Shown here: positions 10,193-19,408 of the stretch, piece by piece
How positions within the stretch are numbered: the stretch's first letter is position 1
Layout: each line of letters begins with the position of its first letter
From: Bacillota bacterium
GTDB lineage: Bacteria; Bacillota; Desulfitobacteriia; Desulfitobacteriales; JAJXUE01
Direction of reading: 5' to 3'
Length of the DNA: 64,000 nucleotides
NCBI GenBank assembly: GCA_021783135.1
Contig: JAJXUE010000007.1
Span: forward strand, 15,136-79,135
Translations under genes and position numbers: made by a program
The notes under the pieces: generated by a model
The model's database searches: none
Told to the model about the DNA's origin: nothing
Seen by the model: only the letters and a program-made list of their open reading frames with translations

Positions 10193-11467
10193 TTACAAGT
10201 AGAAAATTAACAGGTAAAAGCTCGAAATCAGGATGGACACCAACATTAAGGGAAAGGCTAGCTTGAGATATTGGCCAAACTTGATGGGAGAACCGTATTT
10301 TTCCGCGATTCCCGCTACAATCACATTGGCGGATGCGCCAATAATGGTACCGTTGCCGCCTAAGCAGGCGCCTAAGGACAACGACCACCAGAGTGGTTCT
10401 AAGGTAGTGGGGGACATACCGGTCAGGGTGCCCAACTGGTGAATGAGCGGAATCATGGTGGCAACAAAAGGAATGTTATCGACGAAAGCAGATGCTACTG
10501 CGGACAACCACAGAATGAGCATGCCGGTCAGGCGGAAATTGCCTGCGGTAATGGTGAGCGCCCAACTCGCCAGACGGGCGATCAAGCCTGTTTCCACCAA
10601 CCCGCCCACAATGATAAACAGGCCGATAAAGAAAAAAATAGAAGGCCACTCCACCGCCAGCAAGATATCTTCCGGCTCTTCGCGGGCGAGCAGCATCAAC
10701 AGCGTAGCGCCGGATAAAGCAATCGTAGCTGATTCCAGGCCCAAGGCCTGGTGCAGAATAAAGCCAAGCATGACCAGGCCTAAGACCAACAGACTTTTGT
10801 TTAATAAGGCGTAATCCTTAATTTCCTCGCGCGGGTCGCCCAAACAAACCTGTAGTTTTAGGGCCTCAGGCACCTCGAGACGTTTACGGTAGATCAGATA
10901 CAGGGCGGCCATTGTAACTATGTAAATGACGATAACTACGGGAGCAAGATTAAACACAAAGTCCATAAAGCCCAGATGAGTCTGGCTGCCAATCATAATG
11001 TTGGGAGGATCGCCAATTAAAGTCGCAGTACCGCCAATGTTACTGGCGAGAATCTGGCTTATAATGAATGGAATCGGGTCTAGTTCAAGACTTGCCGCAA
11101 TACTAAAGCTGATTGGGACAATCAGCAAAACGGTTGTCACATTGTCCAAACAGGCGGACAGCACCGCGGTAACCGTAGCCAACGCAATCAGGATGCGAAT
11201 CGGTTCACCTTTAGTCGCCTTTACCGCTTGGAGCGCCACATATTCGAAGACGCCGGAGCGGCGAGTTATGCCTACAATAATCATCATGCCGATGAGTAAG
11301 CCCAAGGTATTCCAATCGATGTAGGTAACCGCCTTAGATTGCGACAGAACGCCCAAAACGATTAAAAGCATCCCACCCAGCAGTGCGGCTATGGCGCGGT
11401 GGATTTTATCCCAGAGTAACAGTATGTAAGTAAAACAGAAAACAGCGAGTGCCAGCGCAGCAGACAA
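10193..11467 (-). CDS. ArsB/NhaD-superfamily (citrate-transporter-like) permease
   Basis: 424 aa with about 10-12 TM segments. The internal repeat architecture and motifs (GGTATLIGDPPNIMIG, GGNGTIIGASANV) are typical of the ArsB/NhaD permease superfamily. Confidence 0.7.
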   Translation of the reverse strand: MSAALALAVFCFTYILLLWDKIHRAIAALLGGMLLIVLGVLSQSKAVTYIDWNTLGLLIGMMIIVGITRRSGVFEYVALQAVKATKGEPIRILIALATVTAVLSACLDNVTTVLLIVPISFSIAASLELDPIPFIISQILASNIGGTATLIGDPPNIMIGSQTHLGFMDFVFNLAPVVIVIYIVTMAALYLIYRKRLEVPEALKLQVCLGDPREEIKDYALLNKSLLVLGLVMLGFILHQALGLESATIALSGATLLMLLAREEPEDILLAVEWPSIFFFIGLFIIVGGLVETGLIARLASWALTITAGNFRLTGMLILWLSAVASAFVDNIPFVATMIPLIHQLGTLTGMSPTTLEPLWWSLSLGACLGGNGTIIGASANVIVAGIAEKYGSPIKFGQYLKLAFPLMLVSILISSFYLLIFYL

Positions 11468-11503
11468 TGGTTATCATCCCCTAACCCAAAAACATCTAAA
11501 CAC

Positions 11504-11537
11504 ACAATTCTACTCTAAACACAATTCTACTCTAAAC
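11504..11537. repeat. Perfect 17-bp tandem duplication (ACAATTCTACTCTAAAC x2) in a divergent intergenic region
   Basis: Read directly: 11504-11520 equals 11521-11537. Confidence 0.9.
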
Positions 11538-11583
11538 CAAGCTGATTTGGAAAGAGCAGGAATAAATCTAGTACATAAGTTAA

Positions 11584-11603
11584 TACTTTAATGAATTAAA
11601 GTA
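11584..11603. promoter_or_regulatory. Perfect 9-2-9 palindrome TACTTTAAT-GA-ATTAAAGTA, candidate HisR/YerC operator
   Basis: Perfect inverted repeat lying 40-60 nt upstream of the candidate yerC starts (ATG 11644, TTG 11668). A 15/20-identical copy follows the hisG promoter (14387-14406). Confidence 0.45.
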
Positions 11604-11643
11604 AGAAAGAGGATAACTGAGTGATTTGGCGAATAATAAGGGT

Positions 11644-12003
11644 ATGGTACAGTTTGGGGGTGTTATATTGATCAATGATAAGCTGCGCGATCCGTTTGTC
11701 GATCGTTTATTTGAAGCAGTGCTCTTGTTGCAAAACCAGGAAGAATGCTACAGCTTTTTTGAAGATATAGCTACTGTGAGTGAGCTAAAATCCTTAGCTC
11801 AACGCCTGGAAGTAGCTAAAATGCTGGAAAAAGAATGTACGTATACCCTAATTGCAGAGCTTACCGGAGCGAGCACAGCCACTATCAGCCGAGTGAAACG
11901 CAGTCTTAATTATGGCGCGGACGGGTACAAATTAGTCTTGCGGCGTCTGGCTGAGCGGGCGCCAAACAGTAAAGATGGGGAGATGGCTGCCGATGAAACG
12001 TAG
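11644..12003 (+). CDS. yerC: YerC/YecD TrpR-like DNA-binding protein (predicted histidine regulon repressor HisR in Firmicutes)
   Basis: Colinear with recalled B. subtilis YerC (DKLR...LF.A.L.L...EE.Y.FFED..T..E..SL.QR.EVAKML......Y..I...TGASTATISRV.R.LNYG.DGY). The start is uncertain (11626 TTG, 11644 ATG or 11668 TTG). Confidence 0.75.
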   Translation: MVQFGGVILINDKLRDPFVDRLFEAVLLLQNQEECYSFFEDIATVSELKSLAQRLEVAKMLEKECTYTLIAELTGASTATISRVKRSLNYGADGYKLVLRRLAERAPNSKDGEMAADET

Positions 12004-13144
12004 TGCTTTAGGATTACAAGTTCCCGTGGGGACAGAAGATATACTACCCCGCAATCAAGCCTTCAGTCGAACTCTGGAACAGGGGATTCTCGGGCTATTT
12101 GCCGCCTGGGCGTACCAAGAAGTAAGTACTCCAACCTTGGAATATGGTTCGGCGATAAGTCCACAGCCGGATAAGGAAGACCTGTTATACAAGTTCTTTG
12201 ACCGGGAAGGCAGAGTTTTGGCTTTGCGTCCGGAACTTACTACGCCGATTGCCAGGATGGTGGGAACACGTTTGCGGCATGAACCTGTCCCGTTGCGACT
12301 GTGTTATGCTGCTGATGTTTTTCGCTTGCAAAAGGCACCGGCGCGACGAGAATTCCGCCAAGCAGGTGTGGAATTGTTGGGTTCCTCCAGCGCAGTGGCC
12401 GATGCTGAAATAATTGCCTTGGCGGTGGACACACTGAAGTTAGTAGGGGTCAAAGACTTTCAAATCAACCTGGGCCATATTGAAATTTTCCGCGGCCTGA
12501 TCGCTGACCTTGGTCTGAACCGAGAGACTTGTGCCGTAGTGGAAGGATGCTTGGCCCGTAAGGACTTTGTCGCCTTGGAGCTCACATTGGCTAAGACGAA
12601 ATTGACGGCGGAGCAAATCAGCTTAGTGTTGTCCGTTCCGACCTTTCACGGTGGGGAAGAAGTGCTGGCACGGGTGGAAAAACTGGCGCAAAGTCAACGT
12701 ACGCTCGCAGCCTTAGCCAACCTGCGTCAGGTATATCAAGCCTTAGGGCTGTTTGGCGTGCAGGCCCAAGTCGCCATAGACCTCGGGGTTTTGCGGGGGT
12801 TTGATTACTATACCGGCATTGTCTTTGAAGGCTATGCGCCGGATTTAGGTTTTCCGCTGTGTGAAGGCGGGCGCTATGACGACTTACTGGGTAACTTTGG
12901 TTATGCCTGTCCTGCCACAGGCTTTGCGATTAACCTGGAGCACCTCGTCAAGGTCTTGGAGCTGCCGGAATACGAGGCGGCCCAAGTATTTGTTGCAGGA
13001 GGCGATCAGGCAAGTGTCATCAATAAGGCTGCCTCCCTGCGCCAACAGGGCTTGCGGGTCCAGATTGCCTTGGAAGCCATGACCGGACCGGAAGCGGAGG
13101 CATATGCTAAGGCTAGGGGTATTAAAAGGGTAGAATTCGTCTAG
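11993..13144 (+). CDS. hisZ: ATP phosphoribosyltransferase regulatory subunit HisZ (HisRS paralog)
   Basis: Class II aaRS-like core without an anticodon-binding domain (LRPELTTPIARM, GGRYDDL). It pairs with the short-form HisG in the operon. ATG 11993 overlaps the yerC stop, and 11975 is an alternative start. Confidence 0.85.
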   Translation: MKRSALGLQVPVGTEDILPRNQAFSRTLEQGILGLFAAWAYQEVSTPTLEYGSAISPQPDKEDLLYKFFDREGRVLALRPELTTPIARMVGTRLRHEPVPLRLCYAADVFRLQKAPARREFRQAGVELLGSSSAVADAEIIALAVDTLKLVGVKDFQINLGHIEIFRGLIADLGLNRETCAVVEGCLARKDFVALELTLAKTKLTAEQISLVLSVPTFHGGEEVLARVEKLAQSQRTLAALANLRQVYQALGLFGVQAQVAIDLGVLRGFDYYTGIVFEGYAPDLGFPLCEGGRYDDLLGNFGYACPATGFAINLEHLVKVLELPEYEAAQVFVAGGDQASVINKAASLRQQGLRVQIALEAMTGPEAEAYAKARGIKRVEFV

Positions 13145-13192
13145 CCGCGGGTGTGAGGGTATCACGCGAATGGTGCGGCAAGGAGGGTGCAC

Positions 13193-14278
13193 ATGGTCAA
13201 AAGAATTGGAATCTTAACAGGCGGCGGTGATTGTCCGGGTCTAAATGCGGTAATCAGAGCGATTGTCAAGTCGTCGATTTACACCTATGGAATAGAAGTA
13301 GTTGGTATTTCTGATGGATTTAAAGGCGCCGTGGAGAAAATGTTTCAACCACTTGACTTAAACTCCATCTCGGGAATTTTGCCGCGAGGCGGCACCATAC
13401 TAGGCACCTCCAATCGTGATAACCCCTTTAGCTACGCCGTCAAAGTAGGCGATAAGACAGTGTATGAAGACCGCAGCGCTCAGATGCTGGAGAACTTTCG
13501 TACGGCTGGGATTGAACTATTGGTAGCAATCGGCGGGGACGGTAGCCTGAATATCGCCAAAGAAATCTTTGATTTGGGTTTCCCGGTTATTGGTGTACCC
13601 AAGACGATTGATAATGATCTGTTTGCAACTGATGCCACATTTGGCTATCAGACTGCGGTGGAAACTGCATGTGATGCCTTAGATAAACTCCACACCACCG
13701 CAGAATCACATCACCGGATTATGATCTTAGAAGTAATGGGCCGTTATGCCGGCTGGATTGCCTTGGCGGCCGGAATTGCGGGCGGCGCGGATGTGGTGCT
13801 GATTCCGGAAATACCATATGACTTGTTTAAAATAACTAAGACGCTGGAAAAACGCGTCCAGCAGGGTAAAAAGTATAGTGTAATCATCGTGGCTGAGGGC
13901 GCGAAGCCGTTCGGCGGTCAAATGGTAGTGGAAAAGAGGATCGAGGGGAGAACCGACCCCATTAAACTCGGCGGTATCGGCAATCGGGTGGGGGAGAAGC
14001 TGGAGCAAATGACCGGAATGGAAACAAGGGTAACCGTGCTGGGTCACTTGCAACGCGGCGGGTCCCCAAACAGCTATGACCGGATCTTAGCCACTCGCTA
14101 TGGTGTCGCCGCGGTTGAGGCGGTGACTAACGGTGAAAACGGAGTGATGGTTGCCTTGCAAGGCAGTCAAATCTGCACTGTGCCGTTAGCTGAGGCTGTT
14201 TCTCAACTGAAATTCGTCCCCCTCAATCATGAACTGCTGTTAGCAGCTCGCAGCATAGGCATTGGCTTGGGTGATTAG
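13193..14278 (+). CDS. pfkA: 6-phosphofructokinase (PfkA family; phosphoryl donor not assignable from sequence alone)
   Basis: GGGDCPGLNAVIR, GGDGSL, PKTIDNDL and MGRYAGW motifs. ATG lies 7 nt after AAGGAGGG. Confidence 0.88.
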   Translation: MVKRIGILTGGGDCPGLNAVIRAIVKSSIYTYGIEVVGISDGFKGAVEKMFQPLDLNSISGILPRGGTILGTSNRDNPFSYAVKVGDKTVYEDRSAQMLENFRTAGIELLVAIGGDGSLNIAKEIFDLGFPVIGVPKTIDNDLFATDATFGYQTAVETACDALDKLHTTAESHHRIMILEVMGRYAGWIALAAGIAGGADVVLIPEIPYDLFKITKTLEKRVQQGKKYSVIIVAEGAKPFGGQMVVEKRIEGRTDPIKLGGIGNRVGEKLEQMTGMETRVTVLGHLQRGGSPNSYDRILATRYGVAAVEAVTNGENGVMVALQGSQICTVPLAEAVSQLKFVPLNHELLLAARSIGIGLGD

Positions 14279-14291
14279 GGACTGTGTAGCG

Positions 14292-14324
14292 AAAAGGAGT
14301 AGAGCGACAAGGCTACTCCTTTTT
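14292..14324 (+). terminator. Intrinsic terminator after pfkA, separating yerC-hisZ-pfkA from hisG...
   Basis: 11-bp stem AAAAGGAGTAG / CTACTCCTTTT followed by a T-run. Confidence 0.8.
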
Positions 14325-14344
14325 GCTGGGTCAAATTAAAAGTA

Positions 14345-14373
14345 TTGTATTCTCGCAATAATAAAGTTATAAT
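14345..14373 (+). promoter_or_regulatory. Sigma-A-type promoter of the hisGDCBHAF(IE) operon
   Basis: TTGTAT, a 17-nt spacer, then TATAAT (consensus -10), about 45 nt upstream of the hisG start. Confidence 0.65.
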
Positions 14374-14386
14374 GTTACCATACTAA

Positions 14387-14406
14387 TACTTTAACGTAAT
14401 GAAGTG
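14387..14406. promoter_or_regulatory. Second copy (15/20 identical) of the yerC-upstream palindrome, candidate HisR operator
   Basis: TACTTTAACGTAATGAAGTG; its left 8 nt are identical to the left arm of the 11584-11603 site. It lies between the -10 box and the hisG RBS. Confidence 0.4.
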
Positions 14407-14417
14407 GGGTTGCGGAT

Positions 14418-15086
14418 ATGTCGCGTAATTTCTTAACAATTGCTCTGCCTAAAGGAAAGTTATTGGAAGAATCAGTTCGCCTCTTAGTTGCCGCCGGCAT
14501 CAACTGTGCGGCCATCGATGAAGATTCACGCAAGTTGTTATTTGAATTTCCGGAAGAAGAAGTCCGCTGCATTATCTGTCGGCCGACCGATATCCCTACC
14601 TATGTTGAGTATGGGGCTGCAGACCTCGGTTTTGTCGGTAAAGACACCATTATTGAAGAGAATAAAAATGTGGCGGAACTGCTTGATTTGAAGTTTGGTT
14701 ACTGTCGCTTTGTCGTCGCAGTGCCGGAAGAGGACTTACCGCCTAATCCGGCTGAATTTGATCTCCGTGCGCTCAACCACAAACGAGTGGCAACGAAATT
14801 CCCGCGTGTTGCCCAGAGTTTCTTTGCGGATAAGGGTATGCAGGTAGGTGTTATCAAACTCCACGGCAACATCGAGCTGGCCCCGCGGGTAGGCTTGGCG
14901 GAAATGATTGTTGACATCGTGTCTACCGGTAAGACCTTGCGCCAAAACCGGCTAAAGGAAGTAGAACAAATCCTCGAGGCGACTACACGTTTGATTGCTA
15001 ACCGGGTGAGTTACCGGATGAAATATCAGCGCATTCAGAGTCTTCAAGACAAACTGCGCGAATTGCTCACTGAGGAGGGTTGCTAA
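14418..15086 (+). CDS. hisG: ATP phosphoribosyltransferase, short form (HisZ-dependent)
   Basis: 222 aa lacking the C-terminal regulatory domain. HisG motifs present ([16 protein letters not shown]). Confidence 0.92.
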   Translation: MSRNFLTIALPKGKLLEESVRLLVAAGINCAAIDEDSRKLLFEFPEEEVRCIICRPTDIPTYVEYGAADLGFVGKDTIIEENKNVAELLDLKFGYCRFVVAVPEEDLPPNPAEFDLRALNHKRVATKFPRVAQSFFADKGMQVGVIKLHGNIELAPRVGLAEMIVDIVSTGKTLRQNRLKEVEQILEATTRLIANRVSYRMKYQRIQSLQDKLRELLTEEGC

Positions 15087-16379
15087 ATGTTGCGCGTGTT
15101 AGATAGTAAAAGCGGAGAAATTAAGTGCTTGCTGGACAAATGCTATACTAACTTACAGGAATTTACCCGCCGCACCACAGAAATAGTGGCAGATGTCCGC
15201 GTGCGAGGGGATGCGGCACTAGTCGAGTTAGCTTTAAAATTTGACGGGTTTGTCGTGACACCGGATACCTTGCAAGTTACGGATGCCGAGTTTGCGGCTG
15301 CATATCAGTCCGTTAGCGAGGAATTTCTCGCCGCATTGCGGCGGGCCCATCAGAGTATTAGCGAATTTCACCAAAAACAAGTACGCACCTCCTGGCTGGA
15401 GCCGGACGAGCAGGGCAATATTTTAGGTCAGGTCTTGCGTCCGTTGGAGCGAGTAGGTATATACGTTCCGGGCGGAACGGCGGCTTATCCCTCATCTGTA
15501 TTAATGAATGCAGTGCCTGCTCGAGTGGCAGGGGTTAAGGAAATTGCTATGGTGACTCCGGTCAAGTCTGACGGAATTGTGACCCCTGAGGTTTTAGTGG
15601 CGGCGAAAGAGGCCGGTGTCAGTGAAGTCTATAAAGTTGGCGGAGCGCAGGCCATTGCCGCTTTGGCCTATGGTACTAAGAGTATCAAAAAAGTAGATAA
15701 AATCACCGGACCGGGCAACATCTACGTGACCTTGGCCAAAAAAATGGTGTACGGTGAGGTTGACATCGATATGCTGGCCGGTCCCAGTGAAATTTTAATT
15801 GTAGCGGATGAGAGTGCAGATGCAGCCTATGTGGCAGCGGACATGCTCTCCCAGGCCGAGCACGACGTTTTGGCCTCGGCTATTTTAATTACTCCGACGC
15901 AGGGTTTGATCGACAAGGTCTTAGCCGAGCTGGAGCGTCAGCTGGCTGACCTCCCTCGCCGCGAAATTGCCCAGAGGTCGCTTGCCGATTACGGCGCCGT
16001 TATCTTGGCTGATTCTGTGCAAGATGCGCTGAATTTGGCGAACCGGTTCGCGCCGGAACACCTGGAATTAATGTTGGCGGAGCCATTTCAATATTTAGGT
16101 CAAGTCCAAAACGCCGGAGCAGTCTTTTTAGGCCAATACTCGCCTGAACCTTTGGGTGATTACTATGCCGGACCGAACCACGTCTTGCCTACCGGTGGGA
16201 CAGCCAGGTTTTATTCCCCGTTGAGTGTTGACACCTTTACGAAAAAAACGAGTGTGATTGCCTATTCCCAACAAGGCTTGTGCCAAGTAGCAGATGATGT
16301 AATGCTCTTGGCAGAAACAGAAGGTTTGGCTGCCCATGCCAGAGCGATAAAAGTGAGGGTGAATGAGCGTGGAGTTTAA
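15087..16379 (+). CDS. hisD: Histidinol dehydrogenase
   Basis: 430 aa with SQAEHD and GDYYAGPNHVLPT motifs. Its start abuts the hisG stop. Confidence 0.93.
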   Translation: MLRVLDSKSGEIKCLLDKCYTNLQEFTRRTTEIVADVRVRGDAALVELALKFDGFVVTPDTLQVTDAEFAAAYQSVSEEFLAALRRAHQSISEFHQKQVRTSWLEPDEQGNILGQVLRPLERVGIYVPGGTAAYPSSVLMNAVPARVAGVKEIAMVTPVKSDGIVTPEVLVAAKEAGVSEVYKVGGAQAIAALAYGTKSIKKVDKITGPGNIYVTLAKKMVYGEVDIDMLAGPSEILIVADESADAAYVAADMLSQAEHDVLASAILITPTQGLIDKVLAELERQLADLPRREIAQRSLADYGAVILADSVQDALNLANRFAPEHLELMLAEPFQYLGQVQNAGAVFLGQYSPEPLGDYYAGPNHVLPTGGTARFYSPLSVDTFTKKTSVIAYSQQGLCQVADDVMLLAETEGLAAHARAIKVRVNERGV

Positions 16380-17427
16380 CGTTGGCAAATTAATGCGCAG
16401 TGCAATTAAGAATTTCCAACCATATCAAGCTAAGGACTACCCGGGCGTGGTCAAGCTAGATGCAAACGAAAATCCCTATGCCTGGCCGGCGGGCTTGGCA
16501 ACACAGCTTTACGAGCAGGTGCGCTTTAACCGCTATCCTGACCCGGAGGCACGGGTGTTAAGACAAAAAATCAGCGCCTATACCGGGGTGGATGTTAACA
16601 ATGTCATGGTGGGTAATGGCTCAGATGAGTTGATTCAAATGCTGCTGTTAGCCTTTGGCGGGGACGGCACGAAAACGGTGGTAGCCACACCTACCTTTAC
16701 CATGTATTCGTTGGCAACTGAGTACTTGGGCGGCCAGGTCGTAGAGGTACCGCTTGTGAACGGATGCAAGCTTGATGTAGCGGGGATGCTCGCGGCAGCA
16801 GCCGATCCTCAGGCGAACCTAGTAATCCTTTGCAATCCGAATAATCCGACCGGCAATACTTTTGCCCCAGAGGATATCCGCGCGATAATTGCCGGTACGG
16901 ACAAGCTAGTGGTGTTAGACGAAGCCTACTATGAATTTGCCGGCGCTAGTTTAGTTAGCGAGCTGGCCGATTTCCCTAATTTAGTTATCCTGCGTACCTT
17001 TTCGAAAGCATTTGCGATGGCAGGTTTGCGCATCGGGTATCTCCTGGCCGCGCCCAATATCACTAACGTATTGCAACGCGTACGCCAGCCGTATAACTCC
17101 AATAGTTTTTCGCAAGCGGCCGGGGCTTTAGCCCTCGATTTCTTGCCCCAATTTCAGAGCCAAATTCAACAGATTTTGCGTGAACGGGACAAGCTGGTAA
17201 GTTTTTTAGGCGCGCAAAATTTACGGCAGGTCTATCCTACCGATGCGAACTTTATCCTGTTTGCGCCGCATAGCGGCGCGAAGCAATTGCACCAGCAATT
17301 ACTTGACCGCAATATTTCCATCCGCTATATGGGGAATCTGCCGGTAGTCGGGGAGAGCCTGCGTGTGAGCATTGGTTTACCGGCAGAAAATGAACTGTTT
17401 ATGACTGCCTTGGCGGCAGTTATCTAG
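16363..17427 (+). CDS. hisC: Histidinol-phosphate aminotransferase
   Basis: Class II aminotransferase with the PLP-lysine motif TFSKAFAMAGLRIGY and NPNNPTG. Overlaps the hisD 3' end. Confidence 0.9.
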   Translation: MSVEFNVGKLMRSAIKNFQPYQAKDYPGVVKLDANENPYAWPAGLATQLYEQVRFNRYPDPEARVLRQKISAYTGVDVNNVMVGNGSDELIQMLLLAFGGDGTKTVVATPTFTMYSLATEYLGGQVVEVPLVNGCKLDVAGMLAAAADPQANLVILCNPNNPTGNTFAPEDIRAIIAGTDKLVVLDEAYYEFAGASLVSELADFPNLVILRTFSKAFAMAGLRIGYLLAAPNITNVLQRVRQPYNSNSFSQAAGALALDFLPQFQSQIQQILRERDKLVSFLGAQNLRQVYPTDANFILFAPHSGAKQLHQQLLDRNISIRYMGNLPVVGESLRVSIGLPAENELFMTALAAVI

Positions 17428-17439
17428 GAGGTAAGGCAA

Positions 17440-18024
17440 ATGCGCACAAGTCAAATCCAACGTGAAACCCACGAAACTGCAATTGGAGTTAACCTGAACC
17501 TTGATGGTGCGGGAACCAGTGTAGTTGACACAGGCATCGGTTTTTTGGATCACATGCTTACCCTGCTGGCCAAAATGGGTCAAATCGATGTGACCTTGAA
17601 GGCCAAAGGAGATTTAAACGTGGATGCCCATCACACTATTGAGGATGTGGGCATTGTGCTGGGTAAAGCCATAAACCGCGCCGCAGGTGAGCGTGAAGGT
17701 ATTACGCGTTACGGAGCGGCCTTTGTCCCGATGGATGAGGCCTTGGTCCAAGTGGTTTTGGATTTTTCCAATCGCCCTTTTTTGGTGTGGGATGTCCCCC
17801 TGCCGTATGGCCAGGTTGGTGAATTTCCGCTGGAAATGGCGGAGGAATTTATGCGGGCTTTGGCATTTAATGCCGGCATCACTCTGCACATTCGGCTGCT
17901 GAGCGGCAAAAATACCCACCACATTTTAGAAGCTATATTTAAGGCGTTAGGACGCGCTTTGCGTGAAGCCTTGACAGTAGACCCGAAACTTAAGGGTGTC
18001 TTATCCACCAAAGGCATGTTATAG
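17440..18024 (+). CDS. hisB: Imidazoleglycerol-phosphate dehydratase
   Basis: 194 aa with IGPD motifs (DAHHTIEDVGI, NTHHILEAIFKALGRAL). Confidence 0.93.
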   Translation: MRTSQIQRETHETAIGVNLNLDGAGTSVVDTGIGFLDHMLTLLAKMGQIDVTLKAKGDLNVDAHHTIEDVGIVLGKAINRAAGEREGITRYGAAFVPMDEALVQVVLDFSNRPFLVWDVPLPYGQVGEFPLEMAEEFMRALAFNAGITLHIRLLSGKNTHHILEAIFKALGRALREALTVDPKLKGVLSTKGML

Positions 18025-18074
18025 CACAACGGGTTTAAGACGGGGTCTACCCATTATACGGCGGAGGGAACCGG

Positions 18075-18683
18075 ATGATAGCAATCATAGATTATGGCAG
18101 GGGTAACCTGCGCAGTGTACAAAAGGGTTTGCAAAAGTTTAACTTCGAGGCAGTGATAACCGACGCCCCCGCAGTTATGGCTAAGGCCAAAGGGCTTATT
18201 CTGCCCGGCGTGGGAGCGTTTGGCGATGCTATGCACCAACTCAAACAACGCAACTTGATTGATGCTATTTTGGGCAATATTGCGGACGGCAAGCCCTTTT
18301 TAGGGATATGTTTAGGCATGCAGGTCTTATTTACCCGCGGGGAGGAGCATGGCCAGCATCAGGGCTTGGGGATTTTACCCGGAACAGTGGTAAAGTTCCC
18401 GCCGGGACTCAAGATACCGCACATGGGGTGGAACCAGTTGCACTTGCAGTCGGAGACGCCGTTATTACGCGGTATTGCCGAAGGAACGGCGTGTTACTTC
18501 GTGCATTCTTATTATGCAGCGGCGGAAGATCCGGCGACGGTTTTGGCCAGCTCCGATTACGGCATTGATTTTGCGGCTGTAGTGGGGCGCGATAACGTAT
18601 TTGGGGTTCAGTTTCATCCGGAGAAGAGTAGTAGCTTGGGGCTGCAAATTTTGCAAAACTTTGGGGGATTAGTTGAGCTATGA
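18075..18683 (+). CDS. hisH: Imidazole glycerol phosphate synthase, glutaminase subunit
   Basis: Class I amidotransferase with catalytic GICLGMQ and the FHPEKS motif. Confidence 0.93.
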   Translation: MIAIIDYGRGNLRSVQKGLQKFNFEAVITDAPAVMAKAKGLILPGVGAFGDAMHQLKQRNLIDAILGNIADGKPFLGICLGMQVLFTRGEEHGQHQGLGILPGTVVKFPPGLKIPHMGWNQLHLQSETPLLRGIAEGTACYFVHSYYAAAEDPATVLASSDYGIDFAAVVGRDNVFGVQFHPEKSSSLGLQILQNFGGLVEL

Positions 18684-19408
18684 TTATTTTTCCAGCGATT
18701 GATTTAAGACAAGGCAAGGCGGTGCGCCTTTTACAGGGCGACCCGGACCAACAGACCGTTTTTTCGGATGACCCCGTCGCAGTAGCCGTAAGGTGGCAAG
18801 AGCTGGGTGCTAAGTTTTTACACCTGGTGGATTTAGACGGGGCCTTTGCCGGCAAACCGCAAAACTTAACTGTCGTGCAAGCGATTGTGGCTGCCCTGAA
18901 GATTCCCGTGCAATTAGGGGGCGGTATCCGCGATATGGCCACCATTGAGCAAATTCTGGACCTTGGCGTAAACCGGGTTATTTTAGGTACTACAGCAATT
19001 TCGCAGCCACAATTGGTGCAAGAGGCGGCTAAACGTTTCTCGGACCGGATAGTTGTCGGGATCGACGGCAAAAACGGTTTGGTGGCAATTGAAGGATGGG
19101 GTCAGACTGCTAGCACCAGCGTTTTAGATTTGGCTCGAGCCATGGGCGATGTGGGGATTACGCGAATTGTGTTTACCGATACGCGGCGTGATGGGATGAT
19201 GCAGGGACCGAACCTGGCCAGTACACGTGAAATGGCACTTGCTTCAGGTCTTAAAGTAATTGCTTCCGGCGGCATATCAAGTCTGGCCGACATCAAGGCG
19301 TTAGTTGAGTTGGAAGCTGACGGCGTGGAAGGTGCCATTACCGGTAAGGCGCTGTATACCGGGGCGCTCGACCTGACAGAGGCTTTGGCAGTAGCGGAGG
19401 GGAAATAA
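18680..19408 (+). CDS. hisA: ProFAR isomerase
   Basis: [14 protein letters not shown] start and the (beta/alpha)8 HisA pattern. ATGA overlap with hisH. Confidence 0.92.
   Translation: MIIFPAIDLRQGKAVRLLQGDPDQQTVFSDDPVAVAVRWQELGAKFLHLVDLDGAFAGKPQNLTVVQAIVAALKIPVQLGGGIRDMATIEQILDLGVNRVILGTTAISQPQLVQEAAKRFSDRIVVGIDGKNGLVAIEGWGQTASTSVLDLARAMGDVGITRIVFTDTRRDGMMQGPNLASTREMALASGLKVIASGGISSLADIKALVELEADGVEGAITGKALYTGALDLTEALAVAEGK

Noticed and set aside
18409-19071. 220-aa ORF on the minus strand
   Set aside because: It lies entirely antisense to the well-supported hisH and hisA genes. Its Ala/Pro/Arg/Ser/Cys-rich low-complexity translation is typical of the reverse frame of GC3-rich genes. It has no RBS.
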